In this document: piece after piece, positions 25,291 through 39,360 of the stretch
How the letters are laid out: the number at the start of each line of letters is the position of its first letter
Position numbering within the stretch: position 1 is the first letter of the stretch
Assembly: GCF_006345805.1 (NCBI RefSeq)
Contig: NC_043012.1
Span: 18,352,001-18,416,000, forward strand
Length of the DNA: 64,000 bases
Reading direction: 5' to 3'
From: Octopus sinensis
Taxonomy: Eukaryota
Program-made: the position numbers and the translations under genes
Notes under the pieces: generated by a model
What the model saw: only the letters and a program-made list of their open reading frames with translations
Database searches by the model: none
What the model was told of the DNA's origin: nothing

Positions 25291-26414
25291 TTTTGAATAT
25301 ATATTTTCACATTTAGCTACGAATTAGAGATAATAAACCCGTTATCTTGATACGAACGCCTTGATACACTATTTTATGGCAAAATTCATTCTAAGATTCA
25401 GTTTCTTCATAAATTCTGCAAAGATTTGGAAATATACTCTCGTGTTTAGAAATGTTACGTCCCATTTTGTGCTACATTTTTTTCTTGCTCGTTTTACACC
25501 ACTCTACGAGGTTATTTTAATTTAATTCTCTCATAGGAAACCTCGCATGGCCATACGTGTTCTGTCTCTGCCTTCGAAACACGTGTCTGCTAGCGACAGC
25601 TGATGAAGGGGATTTTTCCTTGTGCAGCATGTCATGTACTTCGTTTTTCTGCTGCACATAATTGTTTTTCCCGTTTTCGTTTCGTCTTGTTCCACGTCTC
25701 TGTCCTTCTGTTGTAACAAATGGCTTTTCCGTTTTCGTTTCTGTTGATTTTTACGTCTTCTTGTGGTGTCCTGTACGTATATATATATATATTTATATAT
25801 GCATGTATATATTTATATATGCATGTATATATATACATGTAGATGTCGGTACGTACATATATGTTTGTATGTATGCATATATTTTATTTATTACACTATA
25901 TATATATATATGGGTATATATATATATGTGTGTGTGTTTGTGTGTGTGTGTGAAAATTATTAATAGAAATGATTTTTCTGCTACTTCTTCCGCTTTAATA
26001 ATTAGATGTTTATACGTTTGCAAAATGTGACTCTGAAAGCAGTTTCTCACTTAAAGGTGGTTTTCAAACTAATATTTTACAGTTTGTTACTCTCTGTTTA
26101 AACAGGAGTGTTTAATTACGAACATACACACAAGCACTAGCCACACACATGCATATACACGCATAAACACATACAGGCAAGGAAACATAGGGCTTTACAC
26201 ATGCATACATACATGTTTTCTTTCACACGCAAACGCACATATAGACACACATATAGCCATACATAAACATATATATATATATAGCCGAAATTGCTAAGAT
26301 GATCTGGTTCTTGACTGATGACTGAGGGCTTCGAATGTCCCGTCCTGTGGTTCTTGTGTCGTCTCTGTTGTGTTTCATGTTCTTGTCCATGTCTGTAATT
26401 ATTTTTACTGTTTA

Positions 26415-26512
<98 letters not shown>

Positions 26513-27807
26513 GAGGGATGTACACAAACAGCCATATACACGGATAAACACGTACACATACACACAAAGCTTTAGACCTGACGCGTACATACACGCAGAA
26601 AACGAATACGTATATACGTCTTTATTCACATATAATCATACGCACACACACACACTCACACACTCACACAATATAGTCAAAAGCATGAAGTAAATGTGTA
26701 TGTTTTTGAGCATATTGGTCAGTAGCCTTGCTGGCAGGTACCCTTGTCATTTACAGGGCTTTATAGAAACAGTTCATGCCAAAATGACCACACCCCAAAA
26801 TTCCACTTGTTTACTCTTCATTTACTTAATTATCCTTCTCCCCTCCCCTATTTTCTGTGTACGTATATGTATTAACACATTTGAACAGATAAAGATATAT
26901 ATGTGTATATATCTCTCTCTCTCTCTGTATATGTGTAAGGCTCCATGTTTTGTTTTGTGTGTATGTACGTGTTTATGTGTGTATATGCATGTGTGTGTAC
27001 GTCACTCTTTATATATCTGTTTATGTATGGGCATATGTACATGTGTTTGTGTGTGTTTGTGATTAAACATTCACTACTTAAATAATAGTTTGAAAACTGC
27101 TTTTAAGCGAGACACTTATCAGAGTCATGTTTAGTAAATGTATAAATATCTAATTATCAAAGTGGGAAAAAGTTTTGGAAAACCATTTCTAGTCATTTTT
27201 TTTAAATATAGGATCTTTTTCTGTTTGGTTTCCAATTTTAATCTCTTATATTCCTGCTCGAATTAATTTCCTATTCGGTGTAATGATATGATTATATATG
27301 CTAACCACTGTTTGGGATTAACTTCTTAGTTAATAAATAAATAACGTGGTAATAGTGTTTAAAGTTTGCGAATTTTACTCAGTCGTAAGCCACAAACTAA
27401 TTCATAGTAACACGCGAAACATGAGAAATGGAGAAAATATTTCCCACTGGCTGAGGATGTCGTGCTAAAAATAACAACGAAATAGACCTAATATCACGCA
27501 CTAAAACAATATTGCCTTTTATTTTTGAATAATCGCATAAATTCGTGACATCCCATACTGTCACACACAAAACGACGGCTTCCAAGTCTTGTTTTCTGAC
27601 AGAGTGGAATTTATCAAATTTAAACCTTTATAACTCTTTAAAAACTTTTTTTTCTGGGAAAAGGGAAATATCTCCCGGGCTTCAGCATGGAAAACGAAAT
27701 CAATATACCAAGTTTCGAAACATTGAAGTCTCGAAATTTTGCAGTCAAACTGAAAAGACCCCAAGTATTCAAAACGGTACCAAGGATTTTTAAAATTTAT
27801 TATTCTA

Positions 27808-27834
27808 CTATATATATATATATATATAATATAT

Positions 27835-27901
<67 letters not shown>

Positions 27902-27906
27902 TTATT

Positions 27907-27942
<36 letters not shown>

Positions 27943-27986
27943 TATATCTATATATATATATATATACTTATTATATATATATATAG

Positions 27987-28048
<62 letters not shown>

Positions 28049-28073
28049 TACATATATATAGATACATATATAT

Positions 28074-28118
<45 letters not shown>
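27808..28118. repeat. Long interrupted (TA)n tract
   Basis: Directly visible. Confidence 0.96.
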
Positions 28119-28120
<2 letters not shown>

Positions 28121-29056
28121 GAAGGTTGAAAAGGAATACATGATTTGATATATATTGAAAAACAATGGTAATGGTAGAAAATGCTAAAATAATGTTATAA
28201 ATAACATTTCAGTACTGGTTTCAATGATCGAGACATTTTAACTGTAAGTATGGAAAACAATTCAATTTTGGAAAAATTAAAAGGAAAGATTTTTAAAGGA
28301 ATATTTGCATAGTGTTCAAATACAAGTGGCATTTTTTTTCTTTGTTTCTGCCTGTGCCTGTCTCTCTTGTTTACTCTTGTGGGTTCGAGGTCCTTGTTTT
28401 CGTGTATACATATATAGTACCAAATAATTATTACTAGGCATAGCCAATCACAAAGAAAGAGAGACATGGTCACGTTTGAGCAGTACCATCTTCGATTAAA
28501 ACTATCCCAACGTTTTAACAACAAAAACAACGACCAGATTTGTGATATATTTTAAGTGACATGTTATTACCGGACGTAATGCAACATGTGGGCAATAAAT
28601 GATATTTATTGGTCTGTGTGTGATTTTAAACTAAAATCATTAATCTGTAAGAATTAACGTGCTGGAATCTACGTCCACTTATAGATTATGTAATTTATAT
28701 CTGCCTATAACATTGGTAATTTACTGATTAGTGTTAGCCAGAGAAATTGGGTGTAAGACATATTTAATTACTCAATTATTTTGAAGTGTAGTTCGCTGGT
28801 TGAAAATTGAAATGGCGTTTACATTAAGAATGTTAATGGTATTTTTCTATCCGTAAACGTGAAGTGTATGAAAAAGAACACATTTGCACTGTTTTATTGT
28901 CTAAAGAAAATAAATAATGTTTGAACTGTGTTATAGCATACAAGAACAATGATTCTTGATATACTGTTAACCCGGTGTAATCCTACAACGAAATTAGTAG
29001 CAAGACTTACGCTATTTTGAGACATGGAGGAAGATAAATCAACAAATGTCCATATA

Positions 29057-29087
<31 letters not shown>

Positions 29088-30802
29088 CTATATATATATA
29101 TATATATTATATATATATATATGGCCTCATATATGTTCATATATGAATTAATATATATATATATGGACCCATGCATGTATTACATGCATATGCACATATG
29201 CATATATATATTATGGATGTATATCTTATTTTATATAATAGACACACACACACAAACATACACGCACACGCATACATGTGTGTGTTTGCATTTGCAATGA
29301 GTATACTTATCTGTGTAAGTATTGTTTTAGCAGTTGTTGGAAAGAAAATATAACACAACCAAAAATGCTTCTATCATTGGATGGGATTAAAGGAAGTTAA
29401 ACTGATTCTTCTATTAGTTACAAAGGCAATGTTTTATTATCCTTGAGCTTACTGAGAGTAAATTTACAACGATATTGAGTTTGCCAGCATTACAGCAAAG
29501 CTATAGAATTTACGACGTAATCAATGTGTCTAATAAAGTTGAGCCTAGAAATTTCCATTCGACATTCGATCTTCCAAGAATTGTTTTTTAGTATCGCAAT
29601 CGTAAATCAAGTTGAATAAATTGTGATCCTGGTTTTAAATTAATCATAGAAATATGCAAAAACCTTGTTTGATAGTGTGTAGTGAAACATCAGAAAACAT
29701 TTTCGTTTTTGTTCCTTACTATATAACAATGTAATGGTCCCCAAAACAAAAAGGTAATTTCATGTAAAGACAACGGTTTGGATAGTAATTCTTGATGAGA
29801 GACTAGGTACGAGATTCGAATAAACAATTTCTTTTAAGGCTAAATACAAGGAACAATTTGAAAACACTAGAATCTATAGCTTTGTATATCGTATGTAAGA
29901 GAGCATTTGATCAATATTTTCAGGTAAAAATGTCATCCAAATAGAATTAGTTTCCTTAGAGCCATTTTCCTGTCCAATGCTTAATATGCCCGTTCTTTAA
30001 TTTGACCAGTATATGTCTCAATTTCAAAGAAACCATCTGTATTATTAAGCCAAATGAGGTAAGATATTCATACCTGGGCAAACATATCAATGAGGTTTCC
30101 GTATGGACTTGCGCAATATTTATTCTATTAAACAAGTGTGAAGAATTAAACTATTCGACATTGGAATTCGTATGAGATATCGGATTTCGTTAACTGTCAA
30201 AACTTCATTAATTGTAATGAGATGTATAATCTTTTCAATTAACTCCGTTACTCAAATGGAATTTAACTAATCAAACCGTAATGACTGAATCTAGCCGCCG
30301 AGCGCGACACGATTTGAACTCAGAATTACACGTACGCAAATAAGTATGACTAGTTCCCCCACCAAACTATTCATTCTGCTAACGCATCATTACAAAGTAA
30401 CAGAAGCAATAGTTATGTGGTCGCTCATCTACGGAAAACAGAAGGCAAATGCTTCTAAATCATATTCTAACAACTTAAAAAAGAAAGGAAGCATTTAATA
30501 ATGCCATCAAACATGTGTTTCATAAATTGACTGAGAGTCGATGGTAACTGACTGATGAAACAGATCAGATGTTGCCTTTCACACGAATAACAAAAGAAAC
30601 ATTTGTTTTATTAACGTTAATAGGTTGGATGTTGGGCATTTGGGGCGTTTGCATTTTTCCAAATTGTATGTGAATGTGTGTAATTAATTTCAACGTTAAA
30701 CGATGTTAATGATCCATAACGTACAGTATCAATATGAAATCAAAGAGAAGCATTTAGTGGGAGCTAACGAAAACTGTGGGTGTTATGGGTATTGTTACTA
30801 AG

Positions 30803-31205
30803 AAGGCAGCAAGCTGGCAGTGTCATCAACAAGCCGGTGAAATACCTTAGCGTCAAACTGTACGCCCTCTGTTCAAATTCCACCGAGACCGATTTTGCTT
30901 TTAACAATTTCAGTCTCAATAAAGTAAATACCAATTGAACACTGAGGTCGGCTTAATCGAAGTCCCTATCCGCTTAAAATCTATGGCCTACAGTCGAAAT
31001 TAGAAACTATTATAACTATTGTTATTAAGAGTTGAGAATTTGCAAAATAGTGATGTTTGCTCTGACATTTTACCTCTAAGTTAAAAAAACCTCGAGATAA
31101 ACATCAATTTTTGTACTATCGTGGGATAGTCAAATTCTGGAACGATCTAATCGACTTACATGATCTCCTACCACAAAATTGCCTTGTGCCTGAATCTGAG
31201 ATACT
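30803..31205 (+). mobile_element. One or two degraded copies of a second tRNA-derived SINE family
   Basis: A-box-like AAGGCAGCAAGCTGGCAG and B-box-like GTTCAAATTCC. The TAATCGA and G(G)CCT motifs recur in a second unit at ~31030-31205. Confidence 0.5.
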
Positions 31206-32260
31206 AATTTAGGTTATTGCAATTGTTTGTAGTAGTGCGGCCCATTTATTGACATTGGAAGAGTGTTTAATGATATTGCAGCAATGGTTATCTCATATTA
31301 CAGTCAGATAATACATAACAGCCTGTAGAAATTGGCTTGTTTTCGAGAAGTCAAGCAATCCTGTAAGTAATTTCTTTTTTCATATACTTATGTTGAGTGC
31401 AGACAATATCATTATATTGCTAATAACAACTAAGATTCTTATAGTTGTAAATATTAAGATACACGTTCAAAACAAAGATAGTTGTATTGAGAGTATGTAT
31501 AAGATAGAATAGATTAAAATAATTTATGGGAATAATGCATATTATAAAACAGATACTGATTTTTAATCATTCAGTTTATGCTAATATATATATCCTTTTA
31601 TGTAGAAAGTATATGATTTAAACTGAATCATTATGAAATGCATTGCGAACCTTTATTTAAATTATTTGGCTGACATTTTTTCTTCCTGATAATTGTTGTT
31701 GATAATATTGCTGTTTAGCACTTGTTTAGCCAATAAGATCGTAATGCATTCTGGCTATGGCCGCTTTATCGATCTTTAAAATTCGAACTGCATGATATAC
31801 AACGTTCATAATTGTTGTTTTCTTTTAAGATGGAGAGATAATGTCGGGATGGGATTGGTTGCTGTGCCTAAAAGATCGAGCAAAGATCTACAGGATACAT
31901 TGTTATGTTGTAAATGACATTATGTTTGATATGGGGGAGAGAATATATTTTGAAAACATGCTGCATTTTTTTTCTCTTTTGTTTCTTTCATTTGTTAGTC
32001 TACCGTCATAACTGTGCACCATCCAGAGCGATATTCGTAGTAAGTCAAGTGGATATGATACACCCACATTATATCCCTCACTAATGATTTTGGTAACATG
32101 TACAGAGCAGCTAACTTATGATGCATAAAGAAACACGCATAATGCATGCATACATATACAGTATGTACATGCTGCACGTACGTCACCATTATTGGAGTAA
32201 TCACCCTCCCAAGGGACTAAAACATCTCTTGATATATATATGTATATGTATATATATATA

Positions 32261-33283
32261 CTGGGTGTCCCCCCAAAATGTATACGCCCTTTAGCAGCTG
32301 ATAACTCATTTGATGTTTCTTTCTTGATGAAACCCAATGGAAGTAATGATAGCAGTCACACTAAGCATTGAACAAGAGAAATTCATTCTAAAATGCTATT
32401 GGAAGTGTGAAAACGCAGCTGAAGTGCAAATACAATTGAAGAGGGTGTTTCAAACAGATCCAACGCATTTTGAAGCCTTGTTAATGGAAAAGCTACATTC
32501 CAAGATTAGCCCATACAATTAATGACGATGATCCAGACCAAAGAGTGCAGTATTCCGATTGGTACTTGACACGATGTGTAGAAGATGCACACATCCAAAC
32601 AAAGATTGTGTGGAGTGATGAGGCCACATTCAGATTAAATGGTTCAATTAACCGCCACAACTGCACCTACAGGGGTCTTGAGAATCCGAATATTATGGTA
32701 GAACACCATGTTAATTTACCATGAGTTAGTGTGGTGTCGCTTATCATGAATTTTTTTTACGCTGCTGTGACTGGTCCCATTTACTTGCACTTGCTGCAAC
32801 ACTCTGCCATACCAAACGTTATAGAAGACTTTGAAGATGAGGAGTTTTATTTTCAGCACCCCCAGACTACCATGGCTATGTTAGATCGTTCCTTGATGAG
32901 GTCCTACAAACAGGTGAATTGGATGAAGGGGTTTCCTTGAATACCCTCCGAGTTCACCAGACCTTACAGCACTAGACAATTTTTATGGGGATACGTAAAA
33001 GACAAAGTTTACGCTATGAAACCTGCAAATAATCGCTGATTTGAGAGCAGCTATTGAATCAGAATGCACAGAAATACCAAACGAATTTTTTCGTGATATT
33101 TGCGATTCCATTGCTTTGCGTTGTCAGCAATGCCTGGACCAGAACGGACGTCAGTTTGAAAACAGGCATTGACAAAACAATAAAATAATGTCTGTAGATT
33201 CTATTAAATTTTGAATGTGAAATGTTTTTAATAAGCGCCTACTTTCCAATCATTTAAAATGTGTATTCATGTTTTGGGACACC

Positions 33284-33286
<3 letters not shown>
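32261..33286 (+). mobile_element. Degraded Tc1/mariner-superfamily transposon (rosa/DD41D-like)
   Basis: TIRs CTGGGTGTCCC..AAAATGTAT and ATTCATGTTTTGGGACACCCTG lie within (TA)n. Motifs [59 protein letters not shown]. Confidence 0.88.
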
Positions 33287-33321
<35 letters not shown>

Positions 33322-33325
<4 letters not shown>

Positions 33326-34379
33326 AATTCAGCAAAAATTTAGATTCGAATGAATACGGTACTTAAGTTAAAGGCACCATAATTTGGTATGGTATTATCC
33401 ATATCAATCAATTGGGGTGATTATGATCAAAATAAGCAACAAGGATGTCCAAAGTTAACGTAGTACAATCATTTCATGCTACTTCATTTAATGAAACAAT
33501 GTAAGTATTACATCAGTTTTAAACTTTAGAGAACTAGTAGCAGAATTATAAATTCAACTCATTTATGAAGAATTTTTACTCTGGCATCTTTGAATGTATT
33601 TTAGCTAAAGTTAATAGCCTGAGGTTAGTAGGGGTAGGGAGAATAGAGATTTCTAATAGCTTAACCATTAACAGCCATAATCTTACTTGTGATTTGAAAT
33701 AAATAACCTTTGGAGAGTTTTCTAAAGGATTCCAATAAATTTTTAGTATCTTATATAGGAATAGAGAGTATAGAAATCATTTCATATTTATAAATATATA
33801 TATATATATCAGATTATTATAAATATAGATTTATAGTTAGTAAATAGTAATTTATTTGCATCAGGGGTAGACTAGGTTTGTATTCTAAAAACCTATTATA
33901 GGATATCCCTAGTTTTATTCTAATATCAGAGGTAAGCTATTATAAGAAAATATTTAATAATTATAATATAATTTAATAATTATTAGACTAGAATCAATAT
34001 AATTTATCATGGGAGTTATTGTGTGAGATTGGTAACTGATCAAAACTATTGGTTAGAAATAGTTTTGATCATTAATAATCAGACCATTTTGGAATAGAGT
34101 TTAAATAGCATAGACGTTATTATCTATTTTATTATCAGGCTTTGAATATTAATTGAGGAAAATCAAGAAGAGCTAATCAAGTGGATATTCCAAGCAAAAA
34201 ATAGAATAAATAAAAGCATTTCAATTCGCACGTATATCAAGAGCCTTGAAAATATTTTAAAGTGTAATGGAAGGGAGGTAACCAAAATGAGCTTTAAAAT
34301 GTCACTAGGTATATGGAATTTATGCAATCCTTTATATAAAATTTTTAAATTTTTAAAGATTTTATATCACTTTATTCAA

Positions 34380-34380
<1 letters not shown>
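33322..34380 (-). mobile_element. Highly degraded AT-rich PLE-like remnant (tentative)
   Basis: Weak minus-strand motifs LKILYKGLHKFHIP (~34350-34305) and DFYTLYSYI (~33780-33753), and a GAAAtGATTGTA hammerhead-half-like motif near 33460-33475. Confidence 0.35.
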
Positions 34381-34410
<30 letters not shown>

Positions 34411-36647
34411 CTAGTTTCAGCTTATGAGCTGTGGCCATGCTGGGGCACCGCCATTTGGTGTTGCTACTTGGTTTCACTTCATGGAGGCTTTCTAGCAACT
34501 GCTATTTGGTGCATGAGAGAGTTCGATGCAGCTGCCCTCATCTGCCCCTCCTGCCGTGAAGTTGGTTCATCTGGGACACCTGACAGGAAGAGATCCAGCT
34601 TCATTTTAAAGACATCTGTATCCACCCCATGCAGGTCTCTCAGGTTCTTCGGGAGGATATTGAAGAGCTGTGGGCCTCGGAAGCCCAGGCTATCACAGAA
34701 TCTTGTCCTACATCTTGATGGCAGGTTTGGAGTCCTAGGCACCACGCAGTGGCGCCCAGTTCTGGCATTTGCGTAACTCTCGATGCCAAAGTTCAGGACA
34801 CTTCCCTCCAGGATCTTCCAGATGTATATTATGGCATATCTTTCCCGCCTACGCTCCAGGGAATATAATTTTAATCTCTTGAGTCTTTCCCAGTAGCTTA
34901 CATTCTGCATAGAGGCTATCTTCTTTGTGTAGCTTCGTTGGGTCGCCTCAAGTTCTGTGATCAACTTGACACTAGATGGTGACCATAGCTGAGAGCAATA
35001 GTCAAAGTGGCTTAGGACAAGTGTCTCCAGAGGACCATCATGGTTTCTTGTTCTCTTGTTCTAAAGGTTCTAAGAATCCATCCAGCCAGCCGTCTACATT
35101 TCAGTGTCAGTTTAGCAACATGTACATGAAAGGTCGCGTCATCACTCATGTGAATACCCAGGTCACGCACTGATTGTGCTCTGGGATTGCAATCCCTCCG
35201 GGTCCAGTGTATTCATTGGGTATTGCATTCAGTTTTGCATGCTGATAGTATAAAGCTTGAAACTTTCCAGCATTGAACTGCATGCTATTCTTTTCAGCCC
35301 ACTTGTATTTCGTCCAGCTCACATTGCAGGTGTTTAGTGTCCTCAGGGTTCTGTATTGCCTGTGAAACTTTTGTATCATCTGCATAACTTGTGATCGTGG
35401 CTCTCTGCGTGGCTGAGGGCATGTCTGAGAGGGCCATTATGAACAGTAGTGGTCCCAGAACAGTGCCCTGCGGAACACCGCTCACTATTTGTGTGTTAAT
35501 GGAGGTGGCCCCATTGGCTACTACCACCTGACTTCTATCCTTCAGAAAGTCATGAAGCCATTCTCCCAGTTTTCCAACTATGTTGAGATCACGCAGTTTG
35601 TGACATATCATTCCTTGATCGACTTTATCACTTCCACATTTGAGTGGTTGAGCAGCCGTTTCAGCACCATGTCATAGTGTTGTAGGAGCTGAGTTAAACA
35701 GCTTCTCCCTGGTCGGAAACCATGTTGGGTGTCGGGCAGCAAGTCATTCTCTTCAAGGAAGGTGATCAGCTTCCTTCTGACTATTCGTTCCATGACCTTG
35801 CTGATGTGTGAGGTCAGAGAGATAGGTCTATAGTTCTTGGCTTCCGCTCTGCTACCTCCTTTATGAATGGGGCATATTTTACCTTCCTTCAGTTTTCCTG
35901 GAAGTTTGCCAGCTGCAAGGAAGCTCTGAAAGAGGAACTGCAGTGGTCTTGCTAGGACTCTCTTACATGCTTTTAGGAGGATTGCCGGGAATCCATCGGG
36001 GCCAGTAGCTGAGTCTGTTTTCATTTCATCTATAGCCTTGGTTACATCTTCTTCCTTTATATCGATGTAATCTATCGTCGCCGCCTCTGATTTTATATCT
36101 GCAGTGTTAAAAAAGTCAGTTGGATTGGTGATTTGGATATGCCCAAGGGGTGGAGTGAAAACACTCTTGAATTGCTCATTCAGTATTTCACTTACCCTCA
36201 TTGTTTTCCTGTAAGTGTGCCATCCTTTTCGAGGAGTGGCCCTATTCTACAGTGCACTGTAGCTGTTTCTTTGGCATACCTGTAGAAAGCTCTGGGGTTA
36301 GATTTTATGTTTTCTATAGCCCAGGCTTCTCTGTCTGCTCTTTCTTTTTCATGGGAGAGTTGCAGACATTTTTCGATTTCCAACAGTTTTATTTTTAGGC
36401 GGGACTTTTCACTGCTTTCAATCTGTTTGTTTAGGCGATTTGAAAATTTCGTACGCCGTCTCATTAAAATTTTCCTCTCTCTGGGGATTTTGTTCTTGTG
36501 TACAGTAGCCTTTCTCTCTGGGACACATTTGTAGCATATGGCTTGCATTACAGACATGAATTGTTGAAGTTTCACGTCGATGTCTGGCGAGGAGAGACAT
36601 TTAGACCAGTTTTGTTTGAGGATCTCTTTCTCAATTTGTTTCCAGTT
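34381..36647 (-). mobile_element. 5'-truncated CR1-group LINE with (AATC)n tail
   Basis: ATGPDGFPAILLK, NYRPISLTSHISKVMERIV, QHGFRPGRSCLTQLL, GVPQGTVLGPLLF, SYADDTK, YWERLKRLKLYSLERRRER. Very short 3' UTR; (TTGA)n at 34381-34410 on +; several frameshifts. Confidence 0.93.
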
Positions 36648-36649
36648 TA

Positions 36650-37383
36650 TTTATATTATTAATTTTTTAAATAATCTATGCAGGTTAAACAAACTAGAAT
36701 GGTATATTATTTCTTTTTTTGCTTATAAATCATTAAGATTTGAAAATTTAGGAATAGTCAGAATTCTATTATTTAAAATATTTAAAAGTACGGATGGCAC
36801 AATGTATGCAGGATATTACTAGATCAAAACCCTTATTCAATAAGTTTGTATTATTCCTATGTTTCGAAATTTCATATGTCTCCATATAATAATATTCACA
36901 TTTATTTCTACTAGTTTTATAAGGCTGTGCCTTTCTTATTATATCCCATTTAAGGTTAAACTCGATATTTTTCCTTTCAATTGCCAAATGTTACTAGACA
37001 GCGTTGTGCAAACTACCTTATATTTAAACTTAAAACTAGAGAAATGATTGTTTAAGCGTTTTTCAGGTCTATCGAACATCCAAAATAAAAATAGCTATTA
37101 TTTGAAGTTATTATTGTGCATTTATAAATTATATTTTGGACCAGACACCGACCAGATACCGGACATCATGATCTAATTCTACAATTACAACTGGGGAAAT
37201 GATTCATTAGTATTATTTCCCTTATCTATAATTATATTGTCATATAAGTTAGGGTTGTTTGTTACTAATTGTTACTCAATTCCCTCATTTTCACATTTTA
37301 TTATTATCATTTATATTATTGATATCATTATTATTATTGTTTATATTATTGTTTATATTATTATTGTTTATTATTACTATTAC

Positions 37384-37439
<56 letters not shown>

Positions 37440-37590
37440 TTATTATTATTATCATTGCTATTTTCAAGATTTCTGGATAACTTAAATTTTTTCTATTTAA
37501 TCTAGCTATTAGCTATTATGGTACCTATATTTTTCTCTAACTTTAAGCTTAAACGTAAGGCGGATTGCACAACGCTGTCTAGTAAGCTTA
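36650..37590 (-). mobile_element. Penelope-like GIY-YIG endonuclease remnant (CxC-x5-CP type, resembling the Hydra clade)
   Basis: Minus strand CNCRIRS*CPVSGRCLVQNIIYKCTIITSNNSYFYFG, KRLNNHFSSF, TTLSSNIWQLK, LKWDIIRKAQPYKTSRNKC...LLNKGFDLVISCIH. An (AAT)n tract lies in the linker at ~37300-37455. Confidence 0.85.
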
Positions 37591-38363
37591 TGTGTGTATG
37601 TGTAAAGAAAGGAGGGTGTTTACATACATTCACACGTACATACATACAGGCATGCATACAGACATACAAAGTAGTTAAATGTTACTGAACTGTCCTAGGA
37701 AACAATAATCACATTTGGGTGTGGGTTGATCCCGGGAAAGTAATTTGTATTTAGGAGAAAATAGGCAAAATTGGAAAGGAGAGAAACGCTCAGAATGTTA
37801 TTAAAACATTTATATCTTCATATCTTCTACATATGTTTCGATGGATGCATTCAAAATACCTCCGACAGGAAAAATAATGGTCAGCTATGTTTAAATCTCA
37901 TCAGGAAAGATTTAAACAATAGGACTAGTCATTTTTACAGATATGCAGATAAAAACAGGTAAACTTTGGCAACTGTTGTCTACTACAGTTTCAGGATGAC
38001 AAATAACCTTGAAAATGTATTTGGTAATTGGTAATTGAAAGAAGCCTGTGGTATGTGTATGTGTGTGTGTGTGAATATCTGTATGCGTTTGTATATTTGG
38101 GGTGTGTGAGTCTGGTTAACTTCGCAGTTCATCAAATGCTATCGATTGTATACGTACCAGGCTAAATGAAAGAAATTCAGATGTTGATTTATTTACTTAA
38201 ATACATTCGCAGCAATCTTGACATGGAAGGAATAGTAACCTGGTTAAACAACGAATATATAGAACGATTCTCCACCAATGCGGTGATGAGGACTCATTGT
38301 CGATGGTCGATATTAACTCATACATATACAAACACAAACACACACAGAAATACGTACACTCGT

Positions 38364-38461
<98 letters not shown>

Positions 38462-38997
38462 CATATATACATACATATTTACAAACACACACGTTTAGGA
38501 AATATATTGGCCGATGAATTCTATTGAATCAAAACCTAATCATATTATATTCACAATATTGTATGTGTAGGTATGTGTGCGAGTGTGCATGTACGCGTGG
38601 GCTTGTGTGTATATGTATATAAATGTGTATGAATAAAAGTATGTACGTGTGCATGTATTACAGTCTTGATATACATATTTTTGCAGATACGAACACAATT
38701 GTGAGATTTGGGAACATAAGTCTTGGCACGAGAAATACTCCTTAATTTATTTCACGCACATATATAATTCCTTATAATTTTAGCAAAGGACTTTATTGAG
38801 AATCGTTAAATATATTATAAGCGAACGTCACCCAGTGTGTGTGCATGTACACATAGGCAGAATACGATAAATATCATTTTAATGAGGTCACGTAAAATGA
38901 CTTTCTAAATGTAAATTTTACATAGATCCATAACCACGTTCACACATACATACGCACACACAGCACATGTATATGTATATTATATATATAGGAATAA

Positions 38998-39049
<52 letters not shown>

Positions 39050-39302
39050 TATATGAATATATATATAAATATATGTATTTGCGCGTGTGTGGACATATAT
39101 ATATATATATAAATACATAAATCCTTAAAAATGTTTTAGACCGAAGGACGCGGCCACACATATATATTATTAATTTATTCTTTTACTCGGTCCAGTCACT
39201 TGAGTGTGTTCATGCTTGAGCACCACCTATATGAAGAAATATGTGTGTGTATGTGTGCATGAATATATTGATGTACGTACGTAGGTATCTCTCTCTCTCT
39301 CT

Positions 39303-39358
<56 letters not shown>

Positions 39359-39360
39359 TA

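Noticed and set aside
25570-25612. Type II hammerhead (GAAACACGTGTC...CTGATGAAGGG)
   Set aside because: Stem I does not pair in register. It is better explained as the 3' half of a decayed type I motif followed by an unrelated or downstream core.
37150-37190. Selenocysteine UGA in the PLE Cys motif (CNCRIRS*CP)
   Set aside because: The TGA is at a variable, non-Cys position of a decayed copy with other lesions, and no SECIS was identified.
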